Assembly (NCBI GenBank): GCA_945886995.1 | Contig: CAMCZJ010000001.1 | Location: forward strand, 1-47,145 | Length of the DNA stretch: 47,145 bases | Direction: 5' to 3' | DNA from: Asaia bogorensis | GTDB taxonomy: Bacteria; Pseudomonadota; Alphaproteobacteria; Acetobacterales; Acetobacteraceae | In this document: positions 1 to 9,953 of the stretch, piece by piece | Numbering within the stretch: the first letter of the stretch is position 1 | Layout: the number at the start of each line of letters is the position of its first letter | The notes under the pieces: model-generated | What the model saw: the letters and a program-made list of their open reading frames with translations, nothing else | Database searches by the model: none | Told to the model about the DNA's origin: nothing | Made by a program: the position numbers and the translations under genes

Positions 1-1791
1 CGGGATTTGCTTGTCTCGGCCCAGACCGGCTCGGGCAAGACGGTTGCCTTCGGCCTTTCCATCGCGCCCGAATTGCTGAATGGCGCGGAGCGCCTGCCAC
101 CGCCTGGCGCGCCGCTTGCCATTGTGGTCGCGCCCACGCGCGAATTGGCCTTGCAGGTGAAGGCTGAACTCACCTGGCTTTACGCACCCGCCGGCGGGCG
201 CATTGCCTCTGGCGTTGGCGGCATGGACCCGATTGCGGAAAAGCGCCAATTGCTCGCCGGCGCGCATATCATCGTCGGCACCCCGGGCCGGCTTTGTGAT
301 CATCTGGAACGCGGCAATCTGAAACCCGATGCGCTTCGCGTTGTTGTGCTGGATGAAGCCGATGAGATGCTGGACCTCGGCTTCCGGGAGGAGTTGGAAG
401 CGATCCTGGATCGCCTGCCGCCGGAACGCCGTACATTGATGTTTTCGGCCACCGTGCCGCGCGCTATTGCCGCACTCGCGAAAAGCTATCAGCGCGATGC
501 GCTCAGGCTTGAAGTGGGTGGTGGGGGAGAGGCGCATGGCGATATCACCTATCGCGCCATGTTGGTCGCACCGCATGAAATCGAACGCGCGGTGGTGAAT
601 CTGCTGCGCCTGGAAAACCCACCCTTGGCGATGGTGTTTTGTGCCACGCGCGCGGCGGTGGCCCGGCTACATGGCAATCTGGCCGAACGCGGCTTTCCTG
701 CCGTGGCGCTTTCCGGCGAATTGACGCAGGCCGAGCGGCTACGCGCCCTGCAGGCGCTGCGCGATGGCCGTTCGCGTGTTTGTGTGGCAACCGATGTCGC
801 AGCGCGCGGGATTGATTTGCCGGAATTGGATTTGGTGATTCACGCGGAATTGCCGCGGGATGGGGAAACCTTGCTACATCGCAGCGGCCGCACCGGCCGC
901 GCGGGGCGCAAGGGCACCAGTGTGCTTTTGGTGCCGCATCCGCGCCGCCGTATTGCCGAACGGCTGATTGGTGCAGCCAAGGTCGCTGCCGCCTGGGGGC
1001 CGGCACCTTCAGCCGATGCCGTGCGCGCGCGGGATGCCGAACGCCTGGCCGATCAGGCGCGCAGTGTTTTGGCGGAAGAGGCATCGGAAGATGATCTGAC
1101 GCTCGCGCGCCGCTTGCTGGGTGATCAGCCGATTGCGCCCGAAGCCCTGGCGGCGGCGCTGATCAAAATGCTGCGCGCGCCTTTGCCTGCGCCCGAAGAA
1201 ATCGCCGAACAACGCCCAGAAAGGCGCGAAGCACGGCGGGATGCTTATGAGGCGGATGCGCCACGCGGTGCATCCGGCGTGTGGTTCAGCATGGATGTTG
1301 GGCGTGATGGCAATGCCGACCCGCGCTGGCTGCTGCCATTCCTGTGCCGGCGCGGCCATGTGACGCGCCAGGAAATCGGGCGCATCCGGATCCTTGGCCA
1401 GGAAACGCAATTTGAAGTCGCATCCTACGCCGCCGAGCGTTTTGCCGCTGCGGCACGCCAAGCGAGTGGCGAGAATGCGGAGATCAATATTCGCCCGATG
1501 CAACCTCTCCAGCGCAGCCAGACGCGGGCGAGGCCTGTAGCGGATTCTGCGGCTCCAGCACCAATACCAGCACCAGCACCAGCACCGGCACCGCGACGCC
1601 CGCATGGCAAGCCAACACAGGGAAAGCTAGCCTGGTCGCGCCAGGAAGCACCGGTTGAGGCAAGGCCCGCCCCGCGCCCCGTGCGCGAAGCCAAGGGTAA
1701 ATTGACGCCGATGGCGGCAAAGGATGCGCCGCGCGGCAAGAAGCCGGCGGGTAAGTGGCAGGCCAAGCCTTCGCGCAAGCCAAAGAAATAG
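1..1791 (+). CDS. DEAD-box RNA helicase (DeaD/CsdA-like) with C-terminal DbpA RNA-binding domain; 5' truncated by window edge
   Basis: Motifs AQTGSGKT, PTRELA, TPGR, DEAD, SAT and HRSGRTGRAG; DbpA-like segment GVWFSMDVGR..PRWLLP..IGRI; basic Pro/Ala/Lys-rich tail. Confidence 0.95.
   Translation, partial: RDLLVSAQTGSGKTVAFGLSIAPELLNGAERLPPPGAPLAIVVAPTRELALQVKAELTWLYAPAGGRIASGVGGMDPIAEKRQLLAGAHIIVGTPGRLCDHLERGNLKPDALRVVVLDEADEMLDLGFREELEAILDRLPPERRTLMFSATVPRAIAALAKSYQRDALRLEVGGGGEAHGDITYRAMLVAPHEIERAVVNLLRLENPPLAMVFCATRAAVARLHGNLAERGFPAVALSGELTQAERLRALQALRDGRSRVCVATDVAARGIDLPELDLVIHAELPRDGETLLHRSGRTGRAGRKGTSVLLVPHPRRRIAERLIGAAKVAAAWGPAPSADAVRARDAERLADQARSVLAEEASEDDLTLARRLLGDQPIAPEALAAALIKMLRAPLPAPEEIAEQRPERREARRDAYEADAPRGASGVWFSMDVGRDGNADPRWLLPFLCRRGHVTRQEIGRIRILGQETQFEVASYAAERFAAAARQASGENAEINIRPMQPLQRSQTRARPVADSAAPAPIPAPAPAPAPRRPHGKPTQGKLAWSRQEAPVEARPAPRPVREAKGKLTPMAAKDAPRGKKPAGKWQAKPSRKPKK
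1555..1593 (+). repeat. Coding hexanucleotide tandem repeat (CCAGCA)n encoding PAPIPAPAPAPAP
   Basis: ccagcaccaataccagcaccagcaccagcaccggcaccg read directly. Confidence 0.8.
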
Positions 1792-1832
1792 TCGCCCGCG
1801 TAAGTGGCGGCTGATCTCAAGCGGCTGGCGCT

Positions 1833-3596
1833 TTATCCGGTCCGGCCAGCATCCGTGAATTGTAGCGCCGCCAGTCGCGCATAAAGCCCGCCTTCTGCCA
1901 GCAGAGCCTCATGCGTACCCGTCGCAAGGATGCGGCCTTGATCCATGACCACAATGCGATCCGCGCGCCGCACCGTGGCCAGCCGATGCGCAACCGTGAT
2001 GCTGGTGCGCCCCTTGCAAAGCCGCGCCAGTGCCTGTTGTACGGCGAATTCGCTTTCCGCATCCAAGGCGCTGGTCGCCTCATCCAACAGTAGCACCGCA
2101 GGGTCGCGCAGGATGGCGCGCGCAATGGCCAGGCGCTGGCGCTGCCCGCCGGAAAGTGTGACACCGCGCGTGCCAAGTTCAGTCGCGTAGCCATCTGGCA
2201 GGGCGGCGATGAATTCCGCCGCCGCAGCCGCTTCAGCTGCCGCAATCACGTCGGCATCGGTCGCTTCAGGGCGGCCCAGCCGAATGTTTTCAGCAACGCT
2301 TGCGCTGAAAATGACCGGTTCCTGTGGCACCAACCCAAGCCGGGATCGCAGCGCGCGTGGGTCAAGCCGGGTAATCTCTGCCCCGTCCAGCAGAATGCGT
2401 CCTGCGCTCGGGTCATAAAAGCGCAGCAACAGAGACAACACCGATGTCTTGCCCGCGCCTGAGGGGCCGACCAGCGCAATCGCCTCGCCCGGTTCCACCA
2501 CCAGGCTGAAATCACTCAGCGCTTCGCTATCGGGTCGCGTCGGGTAGCGCAGCGTTACCCCTTCAAACACCACACGGCCCTGCGCGGGCGGTAGGGGCAG
2601 CGGGTTGGCGGGGGCGGCGATGGCGGGTGGAATGGCCAGCACTTCGCCAAGTCTGTCCGCCGCCGCGGCGGCGCGCTGGATTTCGCCCCATAATTCGCTG
2701 ACCGTGGCGCCGGAAGACGCCATCAGCACGGCGTAGAAGACAAAGGCGGATAACTCGCCGCCCGAAATCCGCCCTTCAATCACATCGCGCCCACCCACCC
2801 AAAGGCTGAAGGTGATGGCGCCAAAACCAAGCAGAATCACCGCCAGGATCAGCAGGCTGCGCGAGAAGACGCGCCTGAGTGCCGCGCGGACCGCTGCGTC
2901 TGACCCTGCTGCAAAGCGTGCCCGCGCGCGGTGTTCCTGCGTGAAAGCCTGAATGGCGCGAATGCCGCCCAGGGTTTCCTCCGCCTGGGCCGCCAAATCG
3001 CCGATCCGTTCCTGCGCGGCACGCGAAAGGCGTCTTTCCCGTCGGCCAAAAAACACCAGCGGCAGCACCACCATGGGCAGGATCAACGCAATCAATCCCG
3101 CGAGCTTCGCGCTGGTCAGCACCAACATTAGGAAGGCGCCCATACCGGTAATGGCTTGGCGTACCCCCATGGAAATGGCCGAACCAATCAGCGATTGCAG
3201 TAGCCCGACATCCGCCGTCAGGCGCGACATGACATCGCCGATGCGTGCAGACTCAAAATAAGCAGGAGAAAGCCCGGTGACATGATCGAAGAAGCGCTGG
3301 CGCAAATCCGCAGCAACCCGTTCGCCCAGCCAGGAAACCAGATAAAACCGCGTGGTGGTTGCGGCGGCGAGTGCAGTGATAAGCGCCCCCATGATCAGCG
3401 CCGCGCTATCCAAAGCGCCGAGCCCGCCGGCAAAGCCATCATCAATCAGATGCTTGAGACCCTGGCCAAGCGCCAGCGTCAGCCCGGCGGCGAGCAGAAG
3501 CGCCGCAATGGCGGCAAGAACGCGCGGCAAATAGGGCTTCAACAGCGGCAGCAGCAGGCCAAGTGCTGCCAAGCTTGCGCGCGGAGCGGGCGTCAC
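1833..3596 (-). CDS. ABC exporter, fused permease/ATP-binding protein (MsbA-like family)
   Basis: N-terminal hydrophobic TM domain; Walker A GPSGAGKT, signature LSGGQRQR, Walker B LLLDEATSALD. Confidence 0.93.
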   Translation of the reverse strand: MTPAPRASLAALGLLLPLLKPYLPRVLAAIAALLLAAGLTLALGQGLKHLIDDGFAGGLGALDSAALIMGALITALAAATTTRFYLVSWLGERVAADLRQRFFDHVTGLSPAYFESARIGDVMSRLTADVGLLQSLIGSAISMGVRQAITGMGAFLMLVLTSAKLAGLIALILPMVVLPLVFFGRRERRLSRAAQERIGDLAAQAEETLGGIRAIQAFTQEHRARARFAAGSDAAVRAALRRVFSRSLLILAVILLGFGAITFSLWVGGRDVIEGRISGGELSAFVFYAVLMASSGATVSELWGEIQRAAAAADRLGEVLAIPPAIAAPANPLPLPPAQGRVVFEGVTLRYPTRPDSEALSDFSLVVEPGEAIALVGPSGAGKTSVLSLLLRFYDPSAGRILLDGAEITRLDPRALRSRLGLVPQEPVIFSASVAENIRLGRPEATDADVIAAAEAAAAAEFIAALPDGYATELGTRGVTLSGGQRQRLAIARAILRDPAVLLLDEATSALDAESEFAVQQALARLCKGRTSITVAHRLATVRRADRIVVMDQGRILATGTHEALLAEGGLYARLAALQFTDAGRTG

Positions 3597-3609
3597 GCCT
3601 CAATGCACC

Positions 3610-4377
3610 TCAAACGTGTTGGCCACCATTGATATGGATTTCCGCGCCATTCACATAGGAAGATGCTTCGGTGCAGAGGAAATAAATGGCCTGCGCCACC
3701 TCCTCTGGCCGGCCGAGCCGGCGCATCGGGATTTGTTCCTGCACAATCTTATCGGTGCCCGGCGAAAGGATGGAGGTATCAATCTCCCCAGGGGAAATCG
3801 CATTCACCCGCACGCCGCGCGGTGCAAAATCCGCTGCCATTTCGCGCGTGAGCGCTGCAAGCGCGGCCTTGGAAGTGGAATAGGCCGCCCCTGCAAAAGG
3901 ATGCACGCGCCCACCGGCAATGGAAGTGACGTTCACGACCGAGCCATTGGCGCGCGCCAATTCTTCAACCAAGCCCCGCGCGAGTAGAATGGGGGCAAAG
4001 AAATTCACCTGAAACACCCGCTGCCAGCCATCCGCCGGCATGGCGAGCGTACCAAGCCGCGCCCCGCCCTCGCCCTTTGGCGAAATCGCGGCGTTATTCA
4101 CCAGCGCATGCAGCATGCCGCCATCAGGGGCCAGACGCGCGCGGATTTCCGGGATCATCGCCTCCGTTGTGGTGGCATCCCCAAGATCGAGCTGGATGTG
4201 GTCTTCTGGCCCCATTTCCCAGGGGCATTGTTCCGGAAAGGGCTGGCGCGACACCGTGATCACGCGCCACCCTGCGGCGGAAAAGCGCTTGACCGTTGCA
4301 TGGCCGATCCCGCGTGACGCGCCGGTCAGCAGCAATACGCGGCGCGGTCCATTAGGTTTGCTTCGTTTTTCGATCAT
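3610..4377 (-). CDS. SDR family NAD(P)-dependent oxidoreductase
   Basis: TGASRGIG, NNA, catalytic YSTSK, VNAISPG; ATG at 4377 chosen as start. Confidence 0.92.
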   Translation of the reverse strand: MIEKRSKPNGPRRVLLLTGASRGIGHATVKRFSAAGWRVITVSRQPFPEQCPWEMGPEDHIQLDLGDATTTEAMIPEIRARLAPDGGMLHALVNNAAISPKGEGGARLGTLAMPADGWQRVFQVNFFAPILLARGLVEELARANGSVVNVTSIAGGRVHPFAGAAYSTSKAALAALTREMAADFAPRGVRVNAISPGEIDTSILSPGTDKIVQEQIPMRRLGRPEEVAQAIYFLCTEASSYVNGAEIHINGGQHV

Positions 4378-4449
4378 GGCGCTGAAACTCCGGCCAATGG
4401 CCAACGGCAAGTCATTATAGGCGGGCCTTGGCGCTTGGGGAACCGGGCC

Positions 4450-4489
4450 AAAATGAAAACGGCCCGGCTACCAAGTGGTAGACGGGCCG
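4450..4489 (-). terminator. Rho-independent terminator downstream of small hypothetical gene
   Basis: Minus strand CGGCCCGTCTACC-ACTT-GGTAGCCGGGCCG followed by TTTTCATTTT. Confidence 0.75.
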
Positions 4490-4510
4490 AATACAGCAAA
4501 AGGGTGCAGT

Positions 4511-4840
4511 TCAGGCTGCGTGCCGATCGGGTGTCGCCAGCGCGCGGCTAGCTGCGGCGGCCCAGGCGGGCGCGGCGCGCAGTAGGCGGTCCAGGGCAGA
4601 ATCGGGGAGGGTTTCAGCATACTCAGTGGCCGTCACCGCCCTAGGATCCCAATGACGCAGGATTTCGGCCACGGCGCGTGTCGCATCGGAGGACGGAAGG
4701 TGGAGACTAGCGGCGCGGTGGGCCGCGACCAGGACACGCGCGGCAGCTTCCAGCCGCGCCCGTTCCATCGGGCAGGAATCGGACAGTTCCGAGAGAATAC
4801 GCTCAAGCCCTTGGGCGGCGGCATTATTCGAAATAGTCAT
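4511..4840 (-). CDS. Hypothetical Ala-rich helical protein (109 aa)
   Basis: SD-like GAAGGGGA before ATG at 4840; own terminator; fills an otherwise empty interval; no family recognised. Confidence 0.7.
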   Translation of the reverse strand: MTISNNAAAQGLERILSELSDSCPMERARLEAAARVLVAAHRAASLHLPSSDATRAVAEILRHWDPRAVTATEYAETLPDSALDRLLRAAPAWAAAASRALATPDRHAA

Positions 4841-4962
4841 GTGGATCCCCTTCATGAATCGCTTTTGCGCAGCCCTCCCCGGTGCGCGTTCTGCCTACAT
4901 GGTAAGCAAAGGTGGCGATATCAAGGCTTGCGCTGCCTCAAACGGTCAAAATTTCATCCCGC

Positions 4963-5946
4963 TTACTCGGGTTCTATCCCCGCTGCCTTGATCTGCCGTG
5001 CCCAGGTTTCGATCTGGCTCCGGATAAAGGCGCTGAATTCCTCCGGGGTGGAGGTAACACGCTCGATCCCGAGAATAGCCAGCCGATCCGCAGTTTCCTG
5101 CCTTTCCCATACCTTACGCATGGCGGCATTCCAGGCGGTGACGATCTCAGCCGGCATCCGCGCAGGGCCAACCGCCCCCATCCAGGACAGTAATTCGAAG
5201 CCCGGCAGGCCAGCTTCTGCCAGCGTTGGTTCATTCGGCAAAAGGGGTGTGCGCGTTGCCGAGGTAATGCCAAGCGAACGCAGCCGGCCTTCCTGCAGGA
5301 AGCCGCGCGATGCTGCCACATCCACAACAATGCCGGTGACGCGGCCTGAAATCACATCCGTCATGGCGGGCGGGGTGGAACGATAGGGCACGTGTTCCAT
5401 CTGGATATTGCCGATGGAGGTCAGCATGGCGCCACCAACAACGCCCGTTGTATTGCCCGAAGCATAGGTCAGCTTACCTGGCTGAGACCGGGCCAGTGCC
5501 AGGAATTCTTGCAGGTTGCGCGCCGGCACCCGGTCATTCACCGCAAGAACAAAGATGTAGGTACCCATGCGCCCGATCGGGGTAAAATCATTGACCGCGT
5601 CATAGGTTGGCCGCTTCATCAGCGCGGGTGTGGCGCCATGTGGGCTATTGGTGGTGATCATCACGGTGTGGCCATCCGGCGTTGCGCGGGCGGTAGCCAC
5701 GGCAGCGATGGCGCCATTGGCGCCTGGCCGATTATCCACCACCACTTGCGATCCCCATTCCTGTTCCAGCAAGCTGGCGAGCAGGCGGGCGACAGAATCC
5801 GTACCGGATCCAGCGGCAAAGGGAATGATCAACGTGACGGGGCGCGAGGGCTTCCAGGCCGCTTGGCCGCTGGCCGTAAAAGGCAGGGCAGCGCCGCCAG
5901 CAACAAGGGCGCGGCGGGAAAGCGGAAGATTGATGATTCCTGGCAT
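4963..5946 (-). CDS. Bug/TctC family tripartite tricarboxylate transporter substrate-binding protein
   Basis: Tat-like SRRAL signal; PFAAGSGTD, VVDNRPGANG, PDGHT, HVPYR; C-terminal AGIEPE. Confidence 0.93.
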   Translation of the reverse strand: MPGIINLPLSRRALVAGGAALPFTASGQAAWKPSRPVTLIIPFAAGSGTDSVARLLASLLEQEWGSQVVVDNRPGANGAIAAVATARATPDGHTVMITTNSPHGATPALMKRPTYDAVNDFTPIGRMGTYIFVLAVNDRVPARNLQEFLALARSQPGKLTYASGNTTGVVGGAMLTSIGNIQMEHVPYRSTPPAMTDVISGRVTGIVVDVAASRGFLQEGRLRSLGITSATRTPLLPNEPTLAEAGLPGFELLSWMGAVGPARMPAEIVTAWNAAMRKVWERQETADRLAILGIERVTSTPEEFSAFIRSQIETWARQIKAAGIEPE

Positions 5947-6019
5947 GGCGTTTTCCTCTCTTGCGCGGGTTCATAAACGGTAACGGTAGCCAATGTCTAT
6001 CAGATCAAGACTTAAAGCC

Positions 6020-6049
6020 TTGACTGGCCGATACCTGAGCCCATAGCTT
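6020..6049 (+). promoter_or_regulatory. sigma70-like promoter positioned for a leaderless transcript of the glycosyltransferase
   Basis: TTGACT (6020-6025), N18, TAGCTT (6044-6049), 6 nt, then ATG at 6056; no SD. Confidence 0.5.
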
Positions 6050-6055
6050 CCGCCG

Positions 6056-7222
6056 ATGGCGCGAAATATTGTGATAACTTATCCCGCTACCTCATTTCAC
6101 GGTTGGGGTGTTTACGGGCTTAATCTGGCGATCTCCTGGGCCTCCGATGCTGAAATCGCGCATGCCACAACCAAAGAGATCATCGCGGATGTGATTTCGA
6201 TTGATCCATTGCGCTGGCGGGCCTTGAAACCTTTTTGCGACCGCTCGGCAGGGGTATTGCAGCATTTGCTGAAGGAACCCAAGCATCCCTTCAAGCTCAA
6301 TGCGGTCTTACTTGATGCACTGGGTGGTGGGTTGAATTCCGAACCTGGTCCCCATGGGGGCCCGCTTTTGGGGTCGCCGAGCCTTGGTGTGGTGTTTTTC
6401 GAATCCGAGGATCTTGGTCAATCGGCGCAGCAGAATGCGGCGCGTCATGCTTGCATCGTGGCTGGATCAAGTTGGAACGCTGAGGTGCTGCGTGCGCATG
6501 GCATCCCCCGCGTTGAAACCGTGCTGCAAGGCATAGACCCCACATTGTTTCACGTGGCGCCAAGGCGCGGGCTTTTCCCGGATCGTTTCCTTGTCTTCAG
6601 CGGTGGCAAACTTGAACCACGCAAAGGGCAAGACATTGTCATGGCGGCTTGGCGTATCTTCGCCGCCCGCCATCCTGATGCAATGCTGATCACAGCGTGG
6701 CACAATCCCTGGCCTCAGACTGCGCGCGGCATTGACCAAACAGGGCGCAGCGCGCCGCTGCCTTTCACCCAGGATGGCAAGCCGGATATTGACCGCTGGG
6801 CGGCGGCCAATGGCATCAAGCCGGAGCAATTCCTCAATCTTGGCCTTGTGCCCAATGCTTCCATGCCGACCATTTTGCGCGAAATGGATGCGGCGGTCTT
6901 TCCCAATCGCTGCGAAGGCGGCACAAATCTGGTCGCGATGGAAACCATGGCTTGCGGCGTACCAACCATCTTGAGCGCCAATAGCGGCCATCTGGACCTT
7001 TTGCAGGATGGCTCGGCCCTGGCGCTCACGGATCAACGCCCGATCCCAACCGCGCCTGGCTGGCGTGAGAGCAACATTGATGAAATCGTCGCTGCGCTAG
7101 AAGTACTCTACACGGATCGCGCCCGCGCTGCGGCGTTGGGGACGGCGGGCGCCAAGCTTTTGTCGCAGTTGACCTGGACAAAAACAGCCAGCGAAATGAA
7201 GCGCATCATCAACGCGCTTTGA
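6056..7222 (+). CDS. Glycosyltransferase family 4 (GT-B fold)
   Basis: GKLEPRKGQD, FPNRCEGGTNLVAMETMACGVP (E-x7-E), terminal TW motif. Confidence 0.9.
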   Translation: MARNIVITYPATSFHGWGVYGLNLAISWASDAEIAHATTKEIIADVISIDPLRWRALKPFCDRSAGVLQHLLKEPKHPFKLNAVLLDALGGGLNSEPGPHGGPLLGSPSLGVVFFESEDLGQSAQQNAARHACIVAGSSWNAEVLRAHGIPRVETVLQGIDPTLFHVAPRRGLFPDRFLVFSGGKLEPRKGQDIVMAAWRIFAARHPDAMLITAWHNPWPQTARGIDQTGRSAPLPFTQDGKPDIDRWAAANGIKPEQFLNLGLVPNASMPTILREMDAAVFPNRCEGGTNLVAMETMACGVPTILSANSGHLDLLQDGSALALTDQRPIPTAPGWRESNIDEIVAALEVLYTDRARAAALGTAGAKLLSQLTWTKTASEMKRIINAL

Positions 7223-8114
7223 TTGGGGCGCCTTCGATTTCTTCCCCGATACGGAAAAGTCCCTTGGCTGCGGCGTCTTCTTCTTCTGAAACACAGGGAA
7301 TGCCAAAAGCAGCGAGGGCGGCGCTGTAGCGGACCGTAAGTGCTGCGGCGCCAATAATGTGCACCGGCGGCGCCACACCGGCTTCAAGCGCGGATGCCAC
7401 TTCGTGCCCGATCAGCAAGCCGGAAAGATAGGAAGCGGCTTCCATCTGTGGCATGGCATCAAACAGTGAAAGGCTGCGCAGGCCAAAAAGCTGATGCAGC
7501 AAGCCGCCGCCTTGCCGCGCGCGATCCAAACCGCGCGCAAAGGCACCCGGATGATGCGCCGCGCCGCGATGCAGGCTCCGCGCCAAAATCGTATGGGCGG
7601 AAAGTGCGGCAAAGACCTCGCCTGTCATATGCGTGGAGAAATCGAGGATTTGTCCAGCGCGCACCCGCACCCATTTGGAATGACTGCCGGGCAGGCACAG
7701 ACTTGCTTCCGCATCCGGCAGGCGGTCCAACACGCCAAGGATTTGGGTTTCTTCCCCACGCATCACTTCCGGCACGCCTTCCACATCGCGCGCCTTCAAG
7801 CCCGGCACCAGGCGTACCCGGGTTGCCGGGAAGGGCACCGGCAGGGTCGCATGGGCGATTTCCACGACACTTGCCGGGCAGGGCAGGTAGGGCGCCTCCG
7901 CCCAGCCCTGCTTGCTGCCGGCCATGCCGGAGATCACCACCAGCTTTTCGCCTGCTTCCAGCCAATCCCCGGCGATTTTGCGCAATTCATCCGGAAAGCC
8001 GCCGGGCTTCACGGACAGGATGCCCGATTTGCCCTCTCGCTTGTCCAGCACTACCCCGGCCTGATCCAGCCGATAGGCGCGCAAAGATGTGGTTCCCCAA
8101 TCCAGCCCGATCAT
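7209..8114 (-). CDS. dgoK: 2-dehydro-3-deoxygalactonokinase
   Basis: DWGTTSLRA, GMAGSKQGW.EAPY, VMRGEETQ, PGSHSKW, MTGE, LSGLLIGHE. Confidence 0.92.
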   Translation of the reverse strand: MIGLDWGTTSLRAYRLDQAGVVLDKREGKSGILSVKPGGFPDELRKIAGDWLEAGEKLVVISGMAGSKQGWAEAPYLPCPASVVEIAHATLPVPFPATRVRLVPGLKARDVEGVPEVMRGEETQILGVLDRLPDAEASLCLPGSHSKWVRVRAGQILDFSTHMTGEVFAALSAHTILARSLHRGAAHHPGAFARGLDRARQGGGLLHQLFGLRSLSLFDAMPQMEAASYLSGLLIGHEVASALEAGVAPPVHIIGAAALTVRYSAALAAFGIPCVSEEEDAAAKGLFRIGEEIEGAPIKAR

Positions 8115-8200
8115 GCCGGCTGCCCCCTTTCTGCGCCGCTTCCATGACGCGAAAAGCTTAAAGGCCCGATAACCGCACGCTATAAGCGAAAACGATCACT

Positions 8201-9202
8201 TCACCGCGCGGGCAGCAGCCCGATAATCTCCCGCGCTTGCTTCATGATGGGTTCGGAAATGGCATGTGCGCGCGCCGCCCCAAGATGCAACGCGGCATCA
8301 AGCGCGCCGGGATCGGTCAATAAGCGGCGCATCTCGGCGGCGATGGGGGAAAGATGTGCTACCAGCGCTTCCGTCAGCGTGCCCTTGAAGGCGCCGAAGC
8401 CTTGGCCCGCATGCTCCCGCAGCACGTTTTCCGGCAGGGTGCCGGTGATGGCCGCCAGAATGCCGACCAGGTTGCGCGCCTCTGGTCTGCCTTCCAGCCC
8501 AGCCATGTGTTCCGGAATGGGTTCCGCATCCGTCTTCGCGCGGCGGATCTTGAGCGCAATGGTATCCGCATCATCGGTCAGGTTGATGCGCGACTGGTCC
8601 GAAGCATCCGACTTCGACATTTTCTTGGTGCCATCACGCAAGGACATCACCCGCGCCGCCACACCTTGGATCAGCGGTTCGATAGTTGGGAAGAAATCCA
8701 CGCCATAATCATGGTTGAATTTTTGGGCGATATCATTCGCCAATTCCAGATGCTGTTTCTGATCGTCACCGACCGGCACCTTGGTTGCGTGATAGGCCAG
8801 AATATCGGCTGCCATCAGATTGGGGTAAACATAAAGCCCGGCGGATGCCGCTTCCCGGTCCCCCCCCGCCTTGTCCTTGAATTGCGTCATGCGATTGAGC
8901 CAGCCGATGCGTGCGACGCAATTGAAAATCCAGCCCAATTCCGCATGGGCCGGCACATGGGATTGCACGAACAGCGAACACCGCTTCGGATCAAGCCCGC
9001 AGGCAATCAGCGCCGCGGCCATTTCGCGGGTTTGGCGCGAAAGCTCCTTCGGGTCTTGCCAAACTGTGATGGCGTGCAAATCCACAATGCAGAAAATGCT
9101 TTCATGCGCATCCTGCATTGGCACCCAATTGCGGATGGCGCCCAGGTAATTGCCAAGGGTCGGAACACCGGAAGGCTGAATGCCGGAAAAGACGCGCGTC
9201 AT
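8201..9202 (-). CDS. trpS: Tryptophan--tRNA ligase
   Basis: [31 protein letters not shown]; start could be GTG at 9214. Confidence 0.97.
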   Translation of the reverse strand: MTRVFSGIQPSGVPTLGNYLGAIRNWVPMQDAHESIFCIVDLHAITVWQDPKELSRQTREMAAALIACGLDPKRCSLFVQSHVPAHAELGWIFNCVARIGWLNRMTQFKDKAGGDREAASAGLYVYPNLMAADILAYHATKVPVGDDQKQHLELANDIAQKFNHDYGVDFFPTIEPLIQGVAARVMSLRDGTKKMSKSDASDQSRINLTDDADTIALKIRRAKTDAEPIPEHMAGLEGRPEARNLVGILAAITGTLPENVLREHAGQGFGAFKGTLTEALVAHLSPIAAEMRRLLTDPGALDAALHLGAARAHAISEPIMKQAREIIGLLPAR

Positions 9203-9278
9203 GGGCTTGTTCACCAAAGGAAAAACGATGTCGCGTGATCCCGCGCCGTGCCCGCCGCGTCAAGCCGCGGATGCGTGA

Positions 9279-9953
9279 TCAGCCGCGCGCCCCGAAAATG
9301 GCGCTGCCCACGCGCACATGGGTGGCACCTTCGGCAATTGCGGCTTCAAAATCGCCACTCATGCCCATGGAAAGAATGGGCAGCCCATGCTTCGCCGCCA
9401 GATTGGCGAGGAAGGCGAAATGCGGGCGCGGGTCGCCTTCCACGGGCGGGATGCACATCAGCCCCTTCACCGGCAGGCCGAAATCATCCCGCGCGGCGCG
9501 AATGAAGGCATCGGCTTCGGTGCGCGGGCAGCCGGCCTTCTGCGCCTCATCCCCTGTATTCACCTGCACCAGAACATCAGGCCTGCGGCCTTCTTTTGCC
9601 ATGGCCTCCGCAATGGCTTGGGCCAGTTTGGGACGGTCCAGCGTTTCGATCACATCCGCGATCTTCACCGCGTCCCGCGCCTTATTGGTCTGCAAGCCGC
9701 CAATGATATGAAGCTGCAAGCCCGGATGGCCAGCGCGGAGGCCCGGGAATTTCTGCGCCGCTTCCTGGACCCTGTTTTCGCCAAACACCATCTGCCCGGC
9801 GGCGAGCGCGGCTTGCACGGCCTCCACCGGGTTGGTCTTGGAAACCGCGACAAGGGTTACGGCATTTGCCGGACGATTGGCGCGGGCGCAGGCTTCCCCA
9901 ATTCGCGCCCGAATGCGGGAGAGGTTGTCGGCAATGGCAAGGTTATCGGTCAT
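9279..9953 (-). CDS. yggS: YggS family PLP homeostasis protein
   Basis: VAVSK, FGENRVQE, HIIGGLQTNK, GLMCIPP, LSMGMSGDF, VRVGSAIFG; ATG at 9953. Confidence 0.95.
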   Translation of the reverse strand: MTDNLAIADNLSRIRARIGEACARANRPANAVTLVAVSKTNPVEAVQAALAAGQMVFGENRVQEAAQKFPGLRAGHPGLQLHIIGGLQTNKARDAVKIADVIETLDRPKLAQAIAEAMAKEGRRPDVLVQVNTGDEAQKAGCPRTEADAFIRAARDDFGLPVKGLMCIPPVEGDPRPHFAFLANLAAKHGLPILSMGMSGDFEAAIAEGATHVRVGSAIFGARG

